Source: Vitrella brassicaformis CCMP3155
Lineage: Eukaryota > Protista > Chromerida
Assembly: GCA_001179505.1 (NCBI GenBank)
Contig: CDMY01000086.1
Span: 62,001 to 126,000, forward strand
Direction: 5' to 3'
DNA: 64,000 nt
Translations under genes and position numbers: made by a program
Shown here: in pieces, positions 23,493 through 41,493 of the stretch
Position numbering within the stretch: position 1 is the first letter of the stretch
Layout: each line of letters begins with the position of its first letter
The notes under the pieces: model-generated
Seen by the model: the letters and a program-made list of their open reading frames with translations, nothing else
Database searches by the model: none
What the model was told of the DNA's origin: nothing

Positions 23493-25532
23493 TCATGCAC
23501 TCATGTTCACCCACGCGCACCGTCCCGCCGCTTGCTGCTCTTGGCCCTCTGGACGGACAGAGACCTGCTGCACCTGAAGACACACATGCGAAGCGCACAG
23601 ACACTGATGACATCTCCTTTCATCTCGTGTGTTAGGCTTGGCCTGACCTGCATCCGATTGGGCCTGTGGCAGCCAGAGCGTGCCCTCACTCTCCTTCTTG
23701 TCCTTCTTGGTGGTCGGCTGTCGGGTGCGGGCGGCGGGTGTGTGCTTGTTGTTGTTGCTCGACTTGGATGACTCCATCTCACGAACACGGGCACTCCTGT
23801 GCATGAGGAATTCACATACATCAATGCATGGATGCGTCTGTGTGCCATCTGTGTATGGTTGTGCACCTGCGGAGAGTTCTTGATGCGAGCGACTTGACGG
23901 CCGCCTTGCCCTCCGTCTCCAACAAATGCCATACTGACACACACACAGACACACACACCATCGACAATGCCAGACTGAGGGAGCATTGTGCGTGTGTTTC
24001 CTTACTGTTTCGTTTGTTTGCGAATCTTGATGTGAAGAGATCGAAGCATGACGTCACTTGAGACACCGGCACCTGGACAAAGACACACTCATGCACACAC
24101 AGAATCAGGCGGTTGGGATGGGACCTCTGCTGTCTGTCTGTCTGTCTGTCTGTGTGTGTGTACTTTCATCTTCTTGACGATTTGCATGATGTTGGACATC
24201 GCGTCGAGCTGCGAGTTGCCGCGCTGCGACAACTGGTGCACGAAGGCAAACACTGTGCTCAGCCACACGTCGACAGAGAACCGCTGCACACACATCGCCT
24301 CGCGTCGCGATAGATGGTCTGCTTGGTGCCTTTCCTCCCTCCCTCCTTCCCTCACTCGTATGGTGTCGTCGTTTGTGTGTTGGAACAGAATGTACGCGAG
24401 CACGAGGTGGCCCCGCTCAATCTCAACGCACTTGCACAACACACCAAACTGCACACACACACACAGACGGACGGTGGAGGTGTAAGTGTGCCTTTGACTG
24501 CTTGGCTGACCGATGCGAGTATGGATTGTGGCGTTTGCTCTGGGAACCGCTCACTCAGATACGACGCAACAGCAGACATCACTGACACACACACACACAG
24601 GACAAGAGAGACCATCATGCAGATCATGTCTCGCTGTGTGTCGGCATGGCGCATACATTGTTCCTCGTTCATGTTGATCTCGAGCCTCGGCGCCCGCCGC
24701 TTGTACGACACCATCTCCAACCCACCACCGCCCTCTCCCTGCCCCTCCGTTGGTCGCTCGGTGTGGTCGGCGGCCCCTCGCTGTGACACTGAATCGTCAG
24801 GCCCGATGGCAGACGAAGATGCATCATCACCTCCACCTGAGTAGAGGCATAAACAACAAACAGACAGACAGACAAGTGACGGAGTGAGACATGGTACTGT
24901 CTGTTTGTGTGTGTTACGTTGGATCATCATCGAGTTGTCTGTTGTCAGTGGTCGTATGGCGGCGTGTGCGTGTGGGTGTGGGTGTGGGTGTGCGTGGTGG
25001 CCATGGACGGGCAGCATGAGGGCGGCGAAGGGCGGAGGGTGTGGGTGAGCGAGAGACATGGCCTGGTGGTGATGGTGACTCAGCTGAAACGCGGCACTGC
25101 ATCCACCAACAAACAGCACACAAGCAGCCAATCAACAAGCTTCATGGGTGAGTGAGTGAATCATGTGCCTGACCTGATGATCTGCGACTGCGATGTTGTG
25201 TGGTTCCTGCGGTGTCTGTCGGCCTCTCTCTCCTCAGCCGCCATTCCGTCATCCATCCCGTTCGCACCCATGCTGTCATCATCATGGTCATCGGTGTGTG
25301 GCTGCCGTCCCTTTTGGCTGAGTGACTTGAGGCGCTTGCGGGGCGGCGCGGCAGCACACTGGGAGGGCGGCAGAGGCCTCTTGTGACTGCTGTTGCTGTT
25401 GCTGTTGTTGCGTTGCCCGCACTGAGCCCGGATGGTGCGAGCGGCGAGTGCACCGATGAGGCATGCGGATCCAGTGACGGCGAGAGCCGCGATGGACGTG
25501 GCCATGGCTGAGAGGGAGGCCTCCATCGCCAC
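23493..25532 (-). CDS. Hypothetical multi-exon protein; ends approximate
   Basis: N-terminal hydrophobic segment (IAALAVTGSACLIGALAA), His/Pro-rich tract, coding-like exons bounded by GT-AG (ERGHLVLAYILFQHTNDD; FSVDVWLSTVFAFVHQLSQRGNSQLDAMSNIMQIVKKMK). Confidence 0.6.
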
Positions 25533-26377
25533 TCACATCGTTCACATCGATCACTCACATCGGTCGGTCACGCCGAGCGATCCGAAGCAATCGATATCGA
25601 AACTGAAGGATACGTACACGCGTACACAAGACGAATACGAATCGGTGTGTGCGATCGATTGTGTGTCATATACCTTGGAAAGAACTGACTGGCCGACAGG
25701 CCATGGCTGTAAAAGGACTGCCATGCTGGAACCGCACTGAACACATTAAGGTCACACACAAGGACAGAAATGGTCAATGAGTCAGCTGTCAGTGTGTGAA
25801 TGTCTCTGTGTTGTCTTTGCTTGTATGACTCAGTCGGCCAAAGGTGCGCGTGTGTCCTCGTATGACTCGTTTGCTCATGGCCCCTGTGTGTCTCCGTGCT
25901 CTCGTTTGACAGGAGGGTTTCATGCAAAGTGCTGTGGTTCTGCGCTGCACCGCATCTGACCGTACTGTGGCTCTGGTGTCGTGGATAAACGAGTTAGGTA
26001 AATAACGCATCTTGGAGGGCAATGACTTAGGTATCCGATGTCTGACGTGAACCTGTCTGGGAGACAACACAGAGAAGAACAAAAAACGGTCGTGAAACCC
26101 TTAACAGACGACGTGAGCTGTCTGTGCGTTGCAAGACACGTCATAAGACTCAACAGACACCACAAATTGAATGCATGAAGGGAAGCAGCCTTTCTCGAGC
26201 AAGGGACACGGCCAACAGGAAAAGGATTTGTAGGTGTACTTCACTCCCCCCGCGCTCATGGACTCATGAACTCAGAAACAGCACCTTCCCAGCAGCCTGA
26301 CATTGGGGGAAAAAGAGCCCGACATCGACCAAGCACGGACACGCTTGACATGCACCGATCCCCCCACCCCCACCCCG

Positions 26378-27560
26378 TCATGCACCAATGGTAATGGGGG
26401 CGCAGCATGGGCAGCAAAAGCCGCGCAGAATGTCACCAATGTATGTTCTCCACACACTTCGACTCCGCACCTTTGCCGGTGCCACACCAAGTGCGGCAGC
26501 TCGCAGGTCCCTCTCAAAGTGCTGACAGCTGCACACACGCCACGCCATATACACGCAAATGCGGCAAAGTATGTCAAGCAAGCCTTGTTGCTTTCTTCCT
26601 TACTTGTTATACACGCTGTGGAATGGAATGCTGCCCTGACGCACAAGAGCATCCCGCAAGTACCCCGCCGCTCCCCTCGGGCACTTCCAACGGAAAAAGG
26701 TGTGCTTGTCTCCTGTGGGGATCCCCCCAAGAGGGCGGGGGCCCCACGAGTACACTCGGAATCCGTCAGGAAGGGCCTGAGAACAAAACAGCGTGGACAG
26801 GTCAACGCGCCGAGGTGGTCTATCTTACGAATCGCGTCTTGTCGACGAAGTAGTATTCACCGCCTGCATACAGAAGAGAATCACCAATGTGTACGCCAGA
26901 TGCATCCATCCCCCACCGGCTGTGTCTGTAGTCATCTTACCTTTCGACACATTCGCGAAATAGCAACCCAGGTGCTCCCCGAGACACCCGTTCTCCCCCA
27001 AGACCTCAGTGGCGAACACAATGTCGTCGCCGTCCTCCCACAGATACAAGATGTGATCGATGAAGGACACCATGTCTGAACACACACACACACACACACA
27101 CCTCACCGCTGTCGCCTTCTCCCCTTCTGCCCCTTTCTCTCTCTCAATTACCAATCCGTTCCCCTCCTTCTTCGCATGAGTCCGGGTCGTGAATTTTCTT
27201 GAGGGGCGGCGCCAGCTCTCGGCGAGGTCTATGGGCATGCTGAGTCGGCAGGTTGCCCGGCTGCTGGCCGCCGGGGGGAGCCACGAACCCCCTTTGCTGG
27301 GGAGGCGCCGTGGGGGAGACGACGGGCTGCCGGTGGGGGAGAGGCTGGTAGTTGCTGCGTAGTGGGGCGGGTGGGCCGACGGGAGGGGAGGGGGGTGGCC
27401 GATGAGGGGCACCTGACGGGCGCAAAGGTGCGGTAGGGACCTGAAACCAAGACACCCACGGTGCTGAAGGGGCAATGAATGCTGACTTACCAGACTTACC
27501 GGTGAGAGGAGCGAAGGTCCGCTGGGGGGGGACAACAACAGAAGCTGGAGGGTGGTACAT
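26378..27560 (-). CDS. Permuted papain-fold (LRAT/PPPDE-like) protein with Pro-rich N-terminus, 5 exons
   Basis: Exons 27560-27152, 27075-26941, 26863-26829, 26776-26604 and 26528-26378 splice in phase. GEHLGCYF (His at 26972-26974), YNNCQHF (Cys at 26525-26527), C-terminal FCCPCC. Confidence 0.68.
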
Positions 27561-28519
27561 CGTTGCTGTTGATCAGCTTGAGCAATGGCTGCGGGAATTC
27601 TCAGAGGGGGAGACGGCTCTCGACTGCCAGTGGCGAGTGGCTCTCCAGGGACGTCAAGTGCAGCGTATCGACGCAAGGCTGCGATGATGCGAGGAGCAAG
27701 GAACCAAGGAACGGGAGGGAAGGGAAGGACACTCCTCAAGCGGGCCCCAAACGATCGAGTTGGGGACTTGTGCGCGTGTCAGCGTACGACGAATGCACGT
27801 TGGGACAACCGGATCAGTCGCTTCAACAAACACCAACTCACAAATACGGCCACCGCCGAATTCAACCACAGCGTCAGCACACAGCCGGTCACACATGCCA
27901 GTGGACCCACGAAAACCCTACGAGTGCCAACTCAGATCCATCGTCATATCTGCCTGGCCAGCAAGTAGCGTACTCAGTGAAAGATGTACCCGAGTGTTCG
28001 AGATACTTCGTCTCGATGAAGGGTCATGCCCCTCCCCTCCTCGCTCAGAGTCTGCTCCTACAGATGATGCCTCTCTGCCATGCGTATCAACTTGCAGATC
28101 CCCACCAAGTGACTGATGCCAACACGCATGTGTGCGTGCCTGCACGAGTCTCCCGCCGATGGTGATGCACAGAGCTGACCACGCCGACAGAATGGACACT
28201 CACTATACACAACATCGAGTGCGACAGCTGATAAAAAGACGACCGAGGCAGGCAAGCAGGCAGGCCTTACAGTCAGTTAGTTCACTTAACAAATACCACA
28301 TTACGCAACCGCACACACCCCCCTTGTTCCTCACGCAAAAAGCGAGATGAAGCTTCAGAGAATGCGCTGCAACCCCATCCGACAATGCACCCACCCAGCC
28401 ACTCAATGTCTCACGCAGCGACACAGGCACCGCACAAATGAAGCAATCGGGTACTAACTTAGACTGTACAACCACCCGCCTTTGCCTCACGTGTGTGTCA
28501 ATCAATCGCCATCAGCCAT

Positions 28520-29037
28520 CTATGGCCTCCGTTCCCGCAAGGACGATGGGTCGTTGAGGAGGTCCTCTCGTGTTGGCGTGCAGAAACCCGCGGTTGAGCC
28601 GGCTCCAGACGTGCAGGCGAAAGAGCAGCACTCGGTGTCTGACGAGACCAATCGTGACTGCCCCGACTGTCCATCGTGTGTGTTCATCGCTCATGCGTAC
28701 CGTCAAAGCATTCTGCCCCTGCCGGGCCGCAGCCCCCGAATGCTGCTGCAGGCCCAACTCCGTCTCTGTCGCCGCCAATGTAGCCGCCGCCCTGCAGCGA
28801 CCGCAGGCTCGGGTGCTTGCCTAAACACATATATACAGTACAGTGAGCACAACACGCTGCGGTGCGTGCAGCCGGTTGGCTCATTTCTGCCCTCTCTCTC
28901 CATCCTGTTCTGTCCTTCCGTATACCCTTGGCGAGTTCCTGGTGCACCACGCCCACTTGGGAGTCTTCACATCTGGCGCCGAGAAGGATGATGGCCAGGA
29001 GAAAGAGGCAGATCCGCATCACGACGGGCATCCTCAT
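28520..29037 (-). CDS. Small secreted cystine-knot (knottin-like) prepropeptide, 3 exons, about 110-116 aa
   Basis: Exons 29037 (or 29019)-28926, 28820-28701 and 28638-28520, both GT-AG and phase-consistent. Signal peptide MRICLFLLAIILLGARC; core GCGPAGAECFDDTECCSFACTSGAGSTAGFC. Confidence 0.75.
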
Positions 29038-29175
29038 CACGCGGGAGCAGACAGTGATGGCCGAAATATCGGGGAAAACCAACAGTTGACGATTGCCAGG
29101 ACAATTGAATCCGTATACAGCTCTGGAAACCACGTCCCGTCTTCTTCCTGCTTTCCTTCTTTCTCGAAAGACTCA

Positions 29176-29182
29176 AGCTCGC
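29176..29182 (-). promoter_or_regulatory. GCGAGCT motif in the knottin/FAM135 divergent interval
   Basis: AGCTCGC on the + strand; 7-mer core only. Confidence 0.45.
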
Positions 29183-29313
29183 TCTCGCGATCAAGCGCGC
29201 AAAAGTGTCCCCCTGTTTAACGCCCTGTTGGACGTCTGCAATGGCTTGTAGGCAGCCCGCATAGAGTGCTGACTGCGTTTGAGGCTCATCTGGTTGAGTT
29301 TGCGGTGGTTGTG

Positions 29314-34376
<5,063 letters not shown>

Positions 34377-34940
34377 TAGACACACAGAGAGATGGACACA
34401 CAGATGGACAGACAGACAGAGAGGCGGTGGGCACATTGATGTTATGATCTATGCGCAGGCTTTTGTACACCCTCCCTGGGGTGTGTAAGAGTGCTTGTGT
34501 TGGTTGGCGTGATTGGATAACCATGATGGTTGTGACAACAAATAATTAGCGTGTCTGTCTGTTGTGTGTGTGAATGAATGCGGTGTGTAAGTGAAGTGAG
34601 AGAGATGGCCTTTTGTTTCCACTGGATGCCTGGAGGGAGGATGACCGACTTCCCAGATAGACGGATGGATGGACGGATGGATGGATGTACAAGAGAGAGG
34701 CCGTGTGCTCTCTCTGGGAGTGCTCTATGTATGTCTGAGTGAACTGTTGTCGAATGCCATTTAGTTGCGATCACCGGACGGATGCATACACACAGGCATC
34801 CGCACCACGCACGCACCCAAGAAGCCCCTGGCCGGGCCCGGGCCAGCAACACACACACACGCACACTTTGTTCTTCCAAACACACACGCGCGCAGACACA
34901 CTGCAGTCACCACAGTCCATGCATCCATCCATCCATCCCT

Positions 34941-37900
34941 TCAGGCCACATCAGGCAGCAGGCTGGCGGGCAGGATGCCCTCGCCCCCCACCCCCCTCTC
35001 CCTCAGCCCCTTCATGCACCCGACATACAAGCCCACATGTCCGTGGTGCAATGCCAGCCTCTGCAGCAGCTGCACCTGCTCCACACTCGCATACCCCTCG
35101 CCCCCCGCACCCAGCCGCCCCATGCACACGTGCCTCGCCAGAGACGCGAAGCACGAAGGCGTCATGAGCACCTGCTTACGATGACTTGGGGTGGTGGTGG
35201 TGGGCTGCTGGTGGAACAGGGGAGGCGGCACGTGGGTGTTGCTGCTGCCAAACGACCGTGCTCGGCGGGCATGTGCGTGTGTGTGGGGGGCGCCTCTCAG
35301 GCGGCTGCCGCGGCCGAGCGCACCACCACCACCACTGCTGCTGCCGTCTGATGTGTGGGGTCTTCGGTAGTGGCTGGAGGGGCGAGTGTGAGGACCGGGG
35401 TGAGGGTGAGGGTGAGGGTGAGGATGGGCCTGGGGGGGCGTGATGTCTGGTGGAGGTGGGGAGGGGGAGAGGGAGACCAGCCGCTGGAAGTACGACAGGA
35501 TCAAGTCCTGAAGCTTGTAGGAACCCACCTGCATGCATGTCGTATGTGTGTGTGGAAGAGACACAACGCACATCCGGACTCTTTATTGGTGGGCGGTGGG
35601 CTGCTTACATTGATGTCTGGGTCACTGAGGACCATTGCCAGGGGCTCTGGGGGCACGCTCAGCAGATCATCCCTCCCATGATTGCCGAAACTCTGGGCCA
35701 ACACCTGTAAGAAGGTAAGCAGTGGCATTCCCTTCCTCCCCATTGTGTCTCCTTCCTTCTCCTGTGTGACCTTGCAGCATTTGTCCATGAGGCCCCTATG
35801 GTTCATGGCGACTGCGTGTCTCAGCAGCTCCAGGCAGTCGTCCTCATTCACAGCCGCATCCCCACACACGTCTCCAGCACACCGCCGCAGCAGCTCCGCT
35901 CGCCCCTTGGACAGCAGAGACCGGTACTCCCTCTCCGCATCGTCGACCTCATTATCAGATGATAACGCCTCCTCCTCATCCTGCTCATGCTCATGCTCAC
36001 AGGGTGGGGAGGCGGGAGGGGACATGCGCCACGGCTCCTCTTCTCTCACACGTGGCTGGTGCGATCGGGATGTGGCTGCTGCTCCTGGCGGCATGCCCTT
36101 CTCCGCATTCTCGGCGGTACTCGCTGTCGCAGCAGAAGGGGAGTGCTGTTGCTGCTTTGGGATGCGAATGGATGTGGGGCTCTTGGGCGGCTTCCCGGAG
36201 GGCGAGAGGGGTGCCCCTCGAGCAGACGCCGGACACGGCGGCCGGGGCGAGGTCAGGGGCTCTTCCTTGACCCCGGTCGGTCTCTCCTCCTGTGTGTGTG
36301 TCTGTCTCGGCGTTCTTGGCGTTCTCGGCACGGCCCTTTCATCACTATAATGTTGGAAGAAGGTCGTCACCCTGGGCGAAGGCGCCTGAGAGCTACAGGG
36401 CGACCCCTCGTTGCTGCACTCCCCCCTGGCCTGGGCCTGAGCAGCCCGGAGAGGGCTCCTGCATGCGAGGGGTGTGAGGGGGCGGCCGATGCTGACGCTC
36501 TTGGTGATGAAGAAGGAGGACACCTCAAACCCTGCCTCTGTGCGGCCGGTGGGCAGGGGGGAGTCGATGCAGTCGTCACCGCTGCTGCAGTCGGGCAGCC
36601 GAAAGCCTGTGGGTGGGGCGGGGAACTCATCCAAAGGGCTGGTCGGCCGGCCCATGCCGCGGGATGTGCGGTTGCCCTCGCCTTCCTCCATGCATGGCGG
36701 CTCGATGTCCATCGAATTGTCCTCTTGCTCGTCGATCGAGGGCGGATTTTTCTCGTTACTATTCGCCGTCGTGTGTGTGTCTCCTCCCCAGTTGTTGTTC
36801 CACCTGTGTCTCCGGCCACTGCCGGCTGGAGCTGTCGGCGGCCTGCCCTCACAGCTGCCCTCTGACGGCTGCTTCCCCTGCTGCTCGCCGCGAGGAGAGG
36901 CCCTCAGTATGCGGCCTCCTCTGGTGGGCGGTCTTGATGGCGGTCTTCTGGAAGGGGGAGTGCCCCCTAAAGCGACAGAGGGGCACCTCGGGGGCAGTCC
37001 GCATGTCTCTCTGTCCCTGCCCACCAGCCGCCCCGTTCTCATCCCGCCGGGCGTCGACAGCAGCCGGGCGTTCTGAATCTCCTGCACCAGACGCACCGGC
37101 ACCGACGGCAGGGATGCACGGAGGAGGCGAGAGAACAGCCCGCCTTTCTCTCGGTCGCCACCTCCGTGGGCAGATGACGGCCTCGATGGCCCTTTCTCCT
37201 GACTCCTCAGGCAGGGATGCGCCATGACCCGCTGCAGGAGCTCATCCGGCACCCCGGAAAGAATGACTTGTGATGGGGGAGACAGTGTCGAAGCGACGCC
37301 TCGCGCAGTCCACAGCAGCAGGTCGTTGAGAGAGCGTTCCAGGGAGGTTTTGAAGAGCAGTGTGGCCGCCTTTGCTGACCAGGGAAATGGGGTGATGCTG
37401 TTGACGAGGGAGAGGGCGAGTGTCTCGCTGACAGCAGGCTGGTGTGCGATGTAGTGTGCGAGTGCCTCAGAAAGAGTGAAGGGCGGGAAGGGGTGGCGGC
37501 ACTTGTCGCTGTGCAGGATGGCGTTCAGGTGCAGCGGCTCCATGGCAAGGATATGCCGATACGCGTCGTCGGCAGCCTCGTCTGACAGAGATGACACCGG
37601 CGACGGGCTGCCGTCTCGAGAGCTCTTGTCCGTCGTCTTGGGTGTGCTCTCGGCAGAAGCTTTCCTATCCTCCCTTGGCAGGATCTCAGGCAGGTTCGCC
37701 GCCAGGTGCTCGAGAGTAGCCCGCTCCACATGCCCCAGTCCGCCTTGCACGCCGATCTCCCTCAGAGTGCCGAGTAGCTCCAGAGCCCCGGGCGCCCCGT
37801 GTTTGGTGATGTGTGCGTGTAGGAAGCCAATAACGACATGGAAGAACCGCCAGAGCCCGAGGACATCGGCCACCTGGAAGAGCGTGACGAGCTCCTCCAG

Positions 37901-38353
37901 TTCGCTGTCAGCCATGGTCCTCCGCCATCGGTCGTCCTTGTAGTAGAAGAAATCCAACACGGCCTCGAACAGCCGCGGGGTGCATCTGGGGGGCAGCAGG
38001 CAGCTGAGGTCGGTGGCCCTCTTGCCGCAGCGCTGGTCAAACTCAGAGTCGAAGACGCCCTTGAAGAACAGAGACGCCCGCTCCCCTCCCGCCAGGAACA
38101 CACGATGCACCGCATAGCTGCGGCCGCCGAAGCATATCTGCAGGAAGACACATAGCCATGCTTGCAATGGTGTGTGAGATGCATGCGAGAAGAGGCAGCT
38201 TGCCTGATGGTCTGCAAAGGGGCACTCGCCTTCCCACGAGGGCCCTCCGTCGCGCAGTTCCTTGGCCCCTTCGAAGCCCAGTTTTCCGACTTCGGACAAA
38301 GTGAACGCGAAGGTGTCGGATGCGATGGAGGGGCTGTAGGCCACTGCCGCCAT
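34941..38353 (-). CDS. BTB/POZ-domain protein with a long low-complexity middle region; 3' end approximate
   Basis: ICFGGRSYAVHRVFLAGG..SLFFKGVF...FEAVLDFFY...VTLFQVADVLGL, within a 1006-codon open frame. Confidence 0.78.
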
Positions 38354-38382
38354 TATCTTTTTCCAGCTCCCTTTTTCGAGGC

Positions 38383-38411
38383 GCGAGCTTAGGTGTGAAT
38401 TTGAGCTCGCA
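38383..38411. promoter_or_regulatory. Two oppositely oriented GCGAGCT motifs in the BTB/ETFDH divergent interval
   Basis: GCGAGCTTAG at 38383 (+) and AGCTCGCA at 38404-38411 (-). Confidence 0.55.
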
Positions 38412-38523
38412 TTGGTGCGCCGATTTCCTTTTGAACGTTGTGCGTATCTGAGTGTCGATTGCCATTGCCAGTGCCTGTTGGTGTGATAAATCATCAGCGA
38501 CGCTGATTTTTCACACGCCATTC

Positions 38524-40980
38524 ATGCGGCGAATTGCGAGTCTGACGAGGCCAGCGAGGCTGTTCAGCAGACCTTACGTGTGTCCACGGAGGGGATGTCG
38601 ATGGTTCAGTGCACTGCCTGAGGGCATGGAGCGAGATTCAATGGAGTAAGTGATGGGCACACACACACGTGCGCATCCATCCATCCATGGATGATCCCCG
38701 TGCGCTTCTCTCTGCAGGTACGATGTGTTGATAGTCGGCGGCGGGCCGGCAGGTCTGGCGGCGGCCATTCGCGCCAAGCAGGTGGCCCAGGACCGGGGGA
38801 GTGACATCAGCGTGTGTGTGATCGAGAAGGGTGCCGAGATCGGCTCACACATCCTCTCCGGCAACGTCTTCGAGCCGCGAGCTCTCAACGAGCTGCTGCC
38901 CGACTGGAGGGAGAGGGGCGCGCCGCTGGACACAGCCGTGACCGACGACCGCTTCTATCTGCTGACCAAGAACAGTGCAGTGGAGGTGCCGCCGATGCTG
39001 CTGCCGCCCACGATAGACAACCACGGCAACCACGTGATATCTCTGGGCAACCTCTGCAAGTGGATGGGCAGCCAGGCAGAGGACATGGGCGTGGAGGTGT
39101 TCGCCGGATTCTCGGCCGCCGAGGGCGTCTTCAACGATGGTGGGGCACTCGTGGGGGTGCAGACAGCCGATGTCGGCATCGACAAGGCCGGCAAACCCAA
39201 GGACACCTTCCAGCCTGGAATGATCCTCAAAGGTAGCTAGATGTCAGGCACACGAAGGAAGCCCCGGCGGCTCTGATTCCATCCCTCTCTCTTTGTTCGT
39301 GCGTCGTTGGTTCAGGCAAGCAGACGATCTTGGCTGAGGGCTGCCGCGGGTCGCTAAGCGAGGCCCTGATGGCGAGGTATGCGTTGCGTGAGGGGCGGAG
39401 CCCGCAGCAGTACGGCCTAGGCGTCAAGGAGGTGTGGGAGCTGGCAGAGGACAAGGCCAAGCCCGGCCTGGTGGTGCACACGGTTGGGTGGCCTCTCGAC
39501 GCGTTCACCTATGGCGGGTCCTTCATGTACCACATGAAGCCCAACCTCCTGCTGCTGGGCCTGGTCGTCGGACTCGACTACAGAAACCCATACCTCAGGT
39601 GCGTAGCCTGGGGGGGGACATCAGATCAATCCATCGGAGGCAACACAGCCACCCAGCACACTGCGTGTGTCGTGTCGTGTTGCGTTGTGTTGTGTTGTGT
39701 GCAGTCCATATCAGGAGTTGCAGCGGTTCAAGCACCACCCGGCCATCAGGCCCCTGCTGGAGGGCGGCCGCTGCATCTCCTACGGCGCCAGATGCCTCAA
39801 TGAAGGAGGCGTGCAGGCTCTCCCCAAACTCACCTTCCCGGGAGGTACGCAAACACATAAACACACACACACACAGAGGCCGACGAGTGTCCATGTGCAC
39901 ACACCGACACTTCTCTGTCTCTCTGGCCCCCATTTCTGTCTGTCTGTCTGTCAGGTGTGCTGACAGGTTGCGGCGCCGGCTTTTTGAACGTGCCCAAGAT
40001 CAAGGGATCCCACACGGCGATCAAGTCGGGCATGCTGGCGGGGGAGACGGTGGCCAAGGCTATCATCGACAGGGGAGAGGCCATGGACGAGGGCGCCGAG
40101 CTGGCCGAGTACCAGACCAATATGGAGGGCTCCTGGGTCTGGCAAGAGCTGCAGCAGGTATGTCGAGAGGGAGGGAAGGGGAGAGGGCATCCTTATCGAG
40201 AAGATAACGTGTGTTTGCCGTGTGTCTGGCTGTGTGTGTGTCAGGTTCGCAACGCAAAGCCTGCGTTCAAGTGGGGTGGGTTGTACGGCGGGCTGGCCTA
40301 CTCTGGGTTCACTCTCAACGTGACTGGTGGGCGGGAGCCGTGGACATTCACCTGGAACAAGAAGGACTGCGACACCACCGACCCCAAGGACAGACACACG
40401 CCCATCGAGTACCCCAAACCAGACGGCAAAATCAGGTAGGTGCAGCGGCGCCTCTTGCCTCGATTGCATTCCATGTGTGATGTGGTCAGCTTTGACCTGC
40501 TTGAGAATCTGGTCCGCTCGGGCACCAATCACGAGCACGACCAACCGGCACACCTTAAGGTGGGGCACTTACAAGACCCATTTACACGCACAGACCAGAC
40601 AGACAATCTCATTCATGGAGTGCTGGTGGTCAGGTGAAGCCCCCACTGGCAGACGTGCCCGTAAATGTGTCGTGGAAGCAATACGCCGGACCTGAGTCGA
40701 GATTCTGCCCAGCAAAGTAAGTAGAGACCTGACGGACAGCAATGCTTGCTGGTGGTGCTGGTGTGATGACTGATCAATTTGTGTGTCGGTGCGGTGTGGG
40801 CATTTCCTGATCAGGGTGTATGAGTTCCTCCCGGACGAGTCATCGAGTGGTGAGATGCGCCTGCAGATCAACGCACAGAATTGCGTCCACTGCAAGTGCT
40901 GCTCTATCAAGACGCCCCAAGAGTACATCAACTGGACTGTGCCGGAGGGCGGCGGGGGCCCCGCATACAGCGGCATGTGA
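38524..40980 (+). CDS. ETFDH: Electron transfer flavoprotein-ubiquinone oxidoreductase, mitochondrial
   Basis: Arg/Ser-rich presequence, [50 protein letters not shown], and the 4Fe-4S motif [17 protein letters not shown]. Confidence 0.97.
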
Positions 40981-41493
40981 TCCCAGCCACTCCTCCCTCC
41001 CCACCCTCCCCACCCTCCCTCTCTCGGCTCCTTTTGTCGATTCCTGTGCATAGACAGCCGGTCGTTGGTTGGTTGCCGCGAGCGAGACGCCAAGTGGGAA
41101 CGAGCGAGCGATAGTGGCAGTGCAGTGCAGTGTGTGCATCTGCATCATGTAGTATGTATGTCGGCTTGTTTGTTGCGGACGGATGGCGGGGATTTGTAGT
41201 CACTCATTGATTGCACTCGTGGTTCATTCATTGCTTGTGTTCCGTGCATGGCAGGAAGGCCCCAATGAATGAATGGTATGTATCCGTCATGCCATGCCGT
41301 GAACCACATCTGAAGGAAGGAAGGCTGTCTATCAGACATACAGCAAAATGGGGCATTCATTCTATTACATACACATACACATACATACGTGTAAAACCCC
41401 TACCACTCACTGCACGGACCCTCCCTCCCCCTCCCCCCCTCCCTCCCTCCCCATACATCTCGCTGGCCTGCCTGCGGTCCAGCCGTCAGTCAG

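Noticed and set aside
26829-26863. YYFVDKTRF resembles the start of the bacterial AAA-ATPase-like domain
   Set aside because: No Walker A motif follows; the 35-nt exon splices into the NCQHF protein.
26303-27079. 258-aa plus-strand ORF and other long antisense ORFs
   Set aside because: Shadows of real opposite-strand genes in GC-rich sequence, with no motifs.
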